A DNA stretch of 47,538 nucleotides from Perkinsus olseni (taxonomy: Eukaryota): the NCBI GenBank assembly GCA_013115125.1, contig JABANN010000247.1:1-47538 (forward strand), given 5' to 3'. Of the stretch, positions 41,308 through 47,538 are shown piece by piece. Each line of letters opens with the position of its first letter. Position 1 is the first letter of the stretch. The notes below the pieces were generated by a model. It did not search any database, had not been told where the DNA came from, and saw only the letters and a program-made list of their open reading frames with translations. A program made the position numbers and the translations under genes.

Positions 41308-43326
41308 ATGGGATTGACCTTCTCTCGTCTCGGTTTGCTGCTAGCAGCAGCGGCTACGCAACCCAACCAACACCAGGATACCGATCACGACTTCTGGGTT
41401 CCCCCATTGCCCGGCCACTACAAAAACGACAATCCAAGAGTCGGCGAGCTGCCCAGCGTCTCGCTAGACATTTCGTTAAACGAGGCTGATAAACGACAAG
41501 ACTTTAACATCAAGTTGGGAAAGCACTCTCAGCGAGGATACCTCGTACCAATCGCAAGCACTGCACGTATCCTCCTCCAGAAGACGGACCTCACCGAAGA
41601 CTTCAACTGCTCGTTCAAGAAATGCGCTCGTCTTCATTTTATTGAACCTACTGTTGGACTAACTAAGGCATACGTGACATATTCCATTCCCAAGGGTGAT
41701 AGGAGGGTGCATCCGCCTGGCATTTATCTATGCCCGGTCAAAGACCAGGGATGGACGCTCTACTTCGGTCCTACCAGGCAAGGCTATCTAAGGCAGATTT
41801 CCAGCCTGCGTTTCCCGGTTGCACTCGAATTCGTTCCCGGTTCAAAGGTGGCCAGTCGTGCATCTGAGGTGGCGGCGATGTTAGAGGTTCTTGGTGACTT
41901 GTGGATCCCACCTCGACTCGGCGAATATACCAGCGTGCGCTACCCTACTGGTGTCGGGCAACTGCCAAGCGCCATGGTGAAAATCTCGTACGACGAAGCT
42001 AATCGACGCCAGGTGTTTGAAGTCGACCTCGGAGGTTATTCTGAGCGAGGATATCTATCGCCGACGACAACTAGGCGATTCGTGAGCCTCAAGAAAATCG
42101 ACGGCACTGAGGAGGCTCGCTTCCCGCTGGAGCGCTGCGCTCGGTTCATTTTTGCCGAGAAGTATAACGCAGCCAGAGAGGCTTACCGTGCATACGGCCT
42201 CCCAGGCAAGTTAACTGGCTATCCGACCACCGCCATGCACTTGTGCCGAGTCGACGACCAAGGATGGACGATCTACTTGGGAGCGAAGCGGGAAAATTCA
42301 CATGTTGTAAGGCTTTTCGCTCCTGTGGTGCTCAAGTCGCCTCCCATTCCCGGCCCCGTCGCGAGCCGGAGGGAATCTGAGCGAGCAGCGGAAAATAGTC
42401 CGCCAGGTTCCAGCCCGGAGCCTGCTCCAGCAGACCCAACACTCGAAGCATCGGATGAGGGAAATAATGCTACAACGATAAGCTACGGTGAATCTGAGGA
42501 GATCCCTTCCGTGGAGACACTCGGAAAGACCCCGCCGGATTCTGCCAAAAGGACGATCTCTGGAGGCTCCGCGTTTGAAGGGGGCGATGAGGTGTCTCGA
42601 CCCAACATCGGGCCCAAGAGGGTCGTTACCGTGAAAACACTTGAAGAAATCCTGCCCAGATATAACCAGGAGGCAGCCTCTTCGATGGACGCTGCGCCAG
42701 TGATCGCCGAGGAGAATCGACTAGTCTTTCCGGCGAACCATGACGGGTTTGAGGAGACCACTACTGTGAACACACTGGGTGAAACCCCGGTGGAATCTAG
42801 CCTTGGGGCGGCACAGACTGCAGCACTCGACGGAGCTGGCCCGTCGATAAACCACCAAGTTCTCAGTCCACCAAGCACTGGTTACTACATGGGAGCTTTC
42901 GGCATCGAGGAACAAGAGGAGAAGGGCACGGTGGAGGTTAGAGTGGGCATCACGGACTTAAGCGCCAAACTCATTCTGCGAGCCGATCTTCGTCAAGCCC
43001 ACGTAGATCTAGATCCGGCTCCTCTGGAGCGAGCTTGTAATGACTGCTGGCGCCTCGCGGTGAAGTCTTCGGATGAGAACTCGGACCATGTTGAGGGTGC
43101 GGTTGACGCTATCAGGGACTTGGCCGGAATCGACAGCCTCGATATGGAAGACATTCTCCTCTGCTTCGTTGACGGGAAGTGGAAACTGTTACTCGGCAGC
43201 AGGTCACTTCGGGTCGTGTACTTGGACAAGTGGAACCCCAAGAGGTCGGCGTCGAGGAAGAGAACATCGACGACGAGAAATAGGATACCGGCCCCGACCG
43301 AGAAGAGGCGAAAACGACGATCATAA
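41308..43326 (+). CDS. Intronless 672-aa predicted secreted protein with three related Cys-containing domains and a basic C-terminal tail
   Basis: Long ORF with an N-terminal hydrophobic signal (MGLTFSRLGLLLAAAA). Repeats: FWVPPLPGHY..IYLCPVKDQGWTLYFG / LWIPPRLGEY..MHLCRVDDQGWTIYLG / SPPSTGYY..ILLCFVDGKWKLLLG. Tail: KRSASRKR...KRRKRRS. Confidence 0.85.
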   Translation: MGLTFSRLGLLLAAAATQPNQHQDTDHDFWVPPLPGHYKNDNPRVGELPSVSLDISLNEADKRQDFNIKLGKHSQRGYLVPIASTARILLQKTDLTEDFNCSFKKCARLHFIEPTVGLTKAYVTYSIPKGDRRVHPPGIYLCPVKDQGWTLYFGPTRQGYLRQISSLRFPVALEFVPGSKVASRASEVAAMLEVLGDLWIPPRLGEYTSVRYPTGVGQLPSAMVKISYDEANRRQVFEVDLGGYSERGYLSPTTTRRFVSLKKIDGTEEARFPLERCARFIFAEKYNAAREAYRAYGLPGKLTGYPTTAMHLCRVDDQGWTIYLGAKRENSHVVRLFAPVVLKSPPIPGPVASRRESERAAENSPPGSSPEPAPADPTLEASDEGNNATTISYGESEEIPSVETLGKTPPDSAKRTISGGSAFEGGDEVSRPNIGPKRVVTVKTLEEILPRYNQEAASSMDAAPVIAEENRLVFPANHDGFEETTTVNTLGETPVESSLGAAQTAALDGAGPSINHQVLSPPSTGYYMGAFGIEEQEEKGTVEVRVGITDLSAKLILRADLRQAHVDLDPAPLERACNDCWRLAVKSSDENSDHVEGAVDAIRDLAGIDSLDMEDILLCFVDGKWKLLLGSRSLRVVYLDKWNPKRSASRKRTSTTRNRIPAPTEKRRKRRS

Positions 43327-44452
43327 AGAAAGCTTCTCTATCCTCGTCATTCGCACAGACTATTCTGCGATGTCAAGTCAAAGCACGATGTTGATGTTGA
43401 AGGCATCGTCTCGTTGTGTAGAAAAGTCGCATCAATGTGAATGTTGATGAGTAAGCTTTGGTCTGTTCTGTCGAACTGTGACGGCACAGTTGGCCGCGTT
43501 TCTCCGCTCGGAGGGCACTGGCTTGCACGCCAAAACATGGCGGTGTTCCGCACTGCTCGAAGCCCCTCCCACTACCTCTAATTGTTGTCACAAAAGTTTT
43601 GCGACAAAGCAGCAGTCCTAGAGAGGCGTTAGTTAACGCGGAGCCGACGATGGGCATCCAGAAATTCCTTGATGGCCTTCAGCACGGGGGCTTTCTTTTC
43701 GCCTGTGACCTCCTTGTACGAACAGAATGGCACACCGCCGCCGACGGTCCGCCGGCCACATTCCTTCTGGGTAACTGGGTTCACTAGCGGACCGTTCTTG
43801 GGTTCCCTTCGTGTCGCGAACTTCATGACAGAGTCGGTAAAATTCCCAAGGTTCTCTGGGTGGTCCCAGTGGCTAGCCCAGTAACTATTCTAGGATTAAT
43901 TCACTGCACAAGCACAATGCTTGTTCGTGGTTCTGGTTCTATGCTTGAAGCATGGAACCGCCAGAATACACTAAAAGGTCGACTAAGTAGGTCCCAGTGG
44001 GGCCGTCCCATTGAGCTAGCTTTGGGAACCTCCATGCCAGTTTGTCATTGTATTCCCGAGTATCAAAACTAGCGTGTCAACCACCTACTACCAAGTCAAC
44101 GCAAGTGCCGCCAAGTAATAGATACCTAGTTGAAGCGGATAGGGCGATTGTGGCCAACGACGCCAGGCGCTGCAGCAAGCGTTACGTTACCATTGACGAA
44201 AAAGTCGTTTGGACGAGTATCAAAGCAACCGTGGATACTCGCTATTGATGAGAGGCAGCACCGAAGACCCTGATTCGTAAAATCAGCGAGACGATACGTC
44301 AAATGTCGGAGTGCAATGCGACAATGATGCCAAAACTGTGCAGAATCGGGATATCAGACGATGACCACTCGGCGGTAAGGGGCTCTCACCAGTACGAGCT
44401 CTCAGTGAGGGCTTTGTATGGGCGAGCATCGTGTCTTCGGCAGCGAGTACCG

Positions 44453-44782
44453 TTACTGGTTGTCGGGAATGGACTTTGGACCGCAAACTCATCTCATTGC
44501 AACTTTGAAGCTCGGGATGTCTAGTGGGTTGAGAAGGCGTTTCCCACCCTGATTGAAGTCCTCAGCGGGGATCCTAGCGCCCTACCGCTCGGTTGTAGAC
44601 TCGAAGAGAGGGTCTGGTACCGAGTCGCCACGGCATGATACCCTAACCATCACATCATCATACTGATCGAACCTGGTGTAGGCAATGTTGGTGCCCTCAT
44701 AGACGGAATGGTATTCAATGGTCTGCCCGCCTGCACAAGCGAATAGCAGGGCCAAGAGCAGCGGCGTTAGGGTAGTGGGCAT
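44453..44782 (-). pseudogene. Small secreted-protein pseudogene (left arm of the inverted duplication)
   Basis: MPTTLTPLLLALLFACAGGQ...DPLFESTTER*GARIPAEDFNQGG..NPLDIPSFK..MR*VCGPKSIPD, with in-frame stops at 44582-44584 and 44489-44491 where the paralog is open. Confidence 0.7.
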
Positions 44783-45543
44783 GCTTGAGATGAAGGAGTG
44801 AGTCCCAAAGAAGCTACCCAATAGGTGAAGCGCTTCATATCTGACACCTATAGGAGCCCCTGAACCGAGCCTAGTTCGATGACGCGTTCGAGAGTGTCGA
44901 ATCAAGCCCACGGAAGCGCGAACGAATAAGAAAGCTTAGTGTGCGTGCTCACCAAGTGGGGCAGTCTCTTGGTTGCCTTCTTCCCGCAGGGTTAGGAGCA
45001 TGCGTTTCCTACCGTAAGACCAGCAAGTGTACGATCGTATTCAGGGGCTGTGGGATCAAATCGTCACAAGCAGCGTGCACTGATGGCCGCCCGCCCTGAG
45101 CGCACCTCGTTGGGTTTGAAAGCCGCCGCCGTCACGGCTGTCCCTGGCGTTCCGACGCTGGCCCTGTGTTCGCATGCGTTGTGGCCCGACGCGTGGCGCC
45201 GAGGACAGCCCCGATGTCGCCTCGTCATAAGCCGTGTACAAGCTCCGATCGCTCCCCTACCAGTGAGTCACTAGTACTGCCCACTTCTTATGATGCCTTC
45301 TAAGCTATGACTGTGCAGTCGTTATCCTTACCGTAGGCAGCACATACTTGGCAAGGCCCATGGAACGATCGCACTAAGGGACTGTCCCAATTCGGCGAGC
45401 ACGCATACTATCGTTGGGTATACCACACGCGTACTACACGCCTGAGTATTTGATCGGGCAACCGGGGTCTCTCGCGCATAAACAAAAGGTCGGGCGGGTA
45501 AACTTTTCAGTAGATTTTCTCGGACTCGTTTTCTTTTTGAGAT

Positions 45544-45881
45544 ATGCTGATCACCCTGCTGCCGCTGCTTTTGGGTATGCTCTTCGCCGTTGTGGGCGGT
45601 CAAAAAGTTACATACAATTACAACTACCAGGGCATCGATGTTCAATACAACGGAGACAATACCGAACTTCGGTAACCGAAGATGCAGTTATTCTGCTATC
45701 ATGCGGTCGCAAGTTTGTAAAAGACCCTCCCTTCGAGACTTCGAACAATGAGTATCGCGCCAAGTTCCCAGCCAGAAGGTTTCAACAGGATGGGCAACTT
45801 GTCGACCCACTGAGCATCGGTTGGTTCAAGGAAATCGTGAGAAAGGTTTGCGGTCCGAATGCCATCCCCGACGACTACTAG
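45544..45881 (+). pseudogene. Small secreted-protein pseudogene with a frameshift (right arm of the inverted duplication)
   Basis: MLITLLPLLLGMLFAVVGGQKVTYNYNYQG in one frame. Homology to the left copy continues in another frame (SCGRKFVKDPPFETSNNEYRAKFPA..VCGPNAIPD). Confidence 0.7.
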
Positions 45882-46584
45882 TGGTCCTTGCTGCTGGTAG
45901 CACGATGTTGACTTATGCCTGACTTATACTTGTAAGAGCCTCTCGCTTAGGGGTGGGCATCTTGTGATCAGTTTCGGCGACGGCATTGTACTCCGGCATC
46001 GCCGTATCTCCTCGCTGAACCCAACCTTTCAGGGTCTGGGTCTTCTGTGTGACGTGAGGTATTACGGTGTAGCTCTTATTTTTCAGAGTAAGTAGTGTCC
46101 TCTTACGGATAGCGGGTAGCCACGGTTACTATCACGCTCTCATTCGAATGACTTTTTCGTCAACAGTAACATAACAGCCGCTGCAGCGCCACTTATTGTT
46201 TTAACTAGGTATCACAGCGTTGGCAGTACTTGCGTTGACTCAAGAGGGTCACAATCTAACAATGAAGGGCTGGTGTGGTTTTACCAAACTGATCTCACTG
46301 AACGGGCTGCAACCGTACGAATGTTTGAGTCGAAGGAGTATGGGAAATGCTCCTTCCAGTATGCGCTCTACAGGCTGCCACTGAAGCATGACATTGTAGA
46401 ACTTGTTCCTATGTCTGTTAAGCGGTCAATGGTTAGTGGGATCCCATCTTCAATAACACTGATAAAGTCATTCACTACTCGCTAGTGACAAGCTGAGCTA
46501 AGGTTCCATAGTTGCGCGCTCGAACAGCACAATCGAGGACGATTCATCATTGACGGGCATAGGCTATTCGGGATACCGTATCCG

Positions 46585-47538
46585 TGTTGGGTACGACGAT
46601 GCGAGTATATGACCGTTGCTACTATTGTTTGTGTATCCTTATTGTTGCATTATCGCTCGCCGAGATACTCGCATGTATATCTGAAACCGCCGGCCCCGTA
46701 GGCCGAGATGGTCGTTCTAATTAAGCTCCATCCATCCAGTCGGGGGAGGTTGCGTTGTCAACTACGGATCTAACATGGTGACAGCCGACGAAATCGAGAA
46801 CCCGCCCAATAGGGAGACTTTGACCAGGCTACGAGGAACTCTTCGGTCGTCAAGGACACGGAAGATGAAGGACCTCTTAGCGCTGCGGAACCGTACCCGC
46901 AATTTCGACGTCAACGCCGACGATTTTGATGAGAAGGAGCTGGCCAGCCTGTATGCTGACGAGGAAGAGTTCGAGGGTGTTATCGAAGGCCTCACTCGAC
47001 TGATCGACCGAGCTTCGGCCTGGTTATTGGAGTCCTAGGGCTCAGGGGTCGGTGGAGCCGTAAAAGTCGAAGCCACATAGATTGTCAGAGCGCACGGAAT
47101 CGTCGCACGAATGGTGCCACTAGGATGGGTATGTGCTCTCGTGAACTGGTCGCGAGGTGATCTCGATGACTAGTTGGGACGGTGCGGATGATGCCCGGTG
47201 TCTAAGAGTGCAAGCAGGCCCGGACTGCAACTGAGTGGCATGCCTTGGATTTGGAATGCCTAGATGCTGGTTTCCTTCCAGGAACTCAGACTTGGCTACA
47301 TAAGCTCCGAGCTGAAAGCTTGCCAGACAACACAAGAGCGGGTGCCACCCAGTCAGTAGTCCCCAACACCCCCGACCGACCGTCCGTCGTTGATGCCGAT
47401 GGGTCGTGTCTCGACGCCCATAATCACGAGATCGTGGGAACTTCCCACTGGGAAGATCATACAGTACGCGCAATCTAAAGAGACAGTTTCATGTCACCGG
47501 CACAACTTCTTCCCTAGAGCTCATATGGACCTGAAATT
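46585..47538 (+). mobile_element. Probable 5' end of a degenerate LTR retrotransposon (LTR ~46585-46775, PBS 46776-46785, gag-like ORF 46775-47038)
   Basis: The segment is bounded by TGTTGG...CTAACA (TG..CA with short inverted ends). It is followed directly by TGGTGACAGC, a tRNA-CCA-complementary PBS pattern, then a charged helical ORF and stop-riddled sequence. No pol or 3' LTR is visible within the window. Confidence 0.5.

Larger units (their letters stand above)
44090..46225. repeat. Diverged inverted duplication (arms ~44090-45020 and ~45325-46225, with a ~300-bp spacer)
   Basis: Reverse-complement matches in both flanks, for example agtcaacgcaagt..gatacctagtt..gcgctgcagc..ttgacgaaaaagtc versus ~46150-46222, and gactgccccacttggtgagcacgcacacta versus gactgtcccaattcggcgagcacgcatacta. 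Confidence 0.85.

Noticed and set aside
41566-41580. RILLQ as a PEXEL-like export motif in the 672-aa protein
   Set aside because: It lies ~70 residues after the signal peptide, inside a repeated domain, and is not conserved in repeat 2.

Overview
This is eukaryotic genomic DNA with many short GT-AG introns. Gene content and style suggest a Perkinsus-like alveolate parasite, which is an inference and not verified. Most short ORFs in the track are exon pieces or shadow ORFs. Reading exons by hand gives these conserved multi-exon genes: a patellin/SEC14-like CRAL-TRIO+GOLD protein (5158-7840, -), a Vps39/Vam6/TGFBRAP1-like protein (8734-16999, +), a helical-repeat protein (~17960-20130, +), a PP2C phosphatase (~27510-30271, +) with an intact antisense tRNA-Ile(TAT) in one intron, and an ATAD2/Yta7-like AAA+bromodomain protein (33861-40862, +). 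Between them lie intronless, lineage-specific secreted-protein families undergoing duplication and decay: a GPI-mucin pair, a tandem triplet, a head-to-head pseudogene pair, and a 672-aa secreted repeat protein with a basic NLS-like tail. There are also minisatellites, a PDX2-like fragment and the 5' end of a probable LTR retroelement. The most unusual signals are tRNA 3'-half/B-box relics recurring in introns of unrelated genes, cascades of overlapping palindromes (notably 4332-4479), and a recurrent non-coding E2F-like motif. Exon boundaries were read by eye, so outer gene coordinates are approximate where stated.
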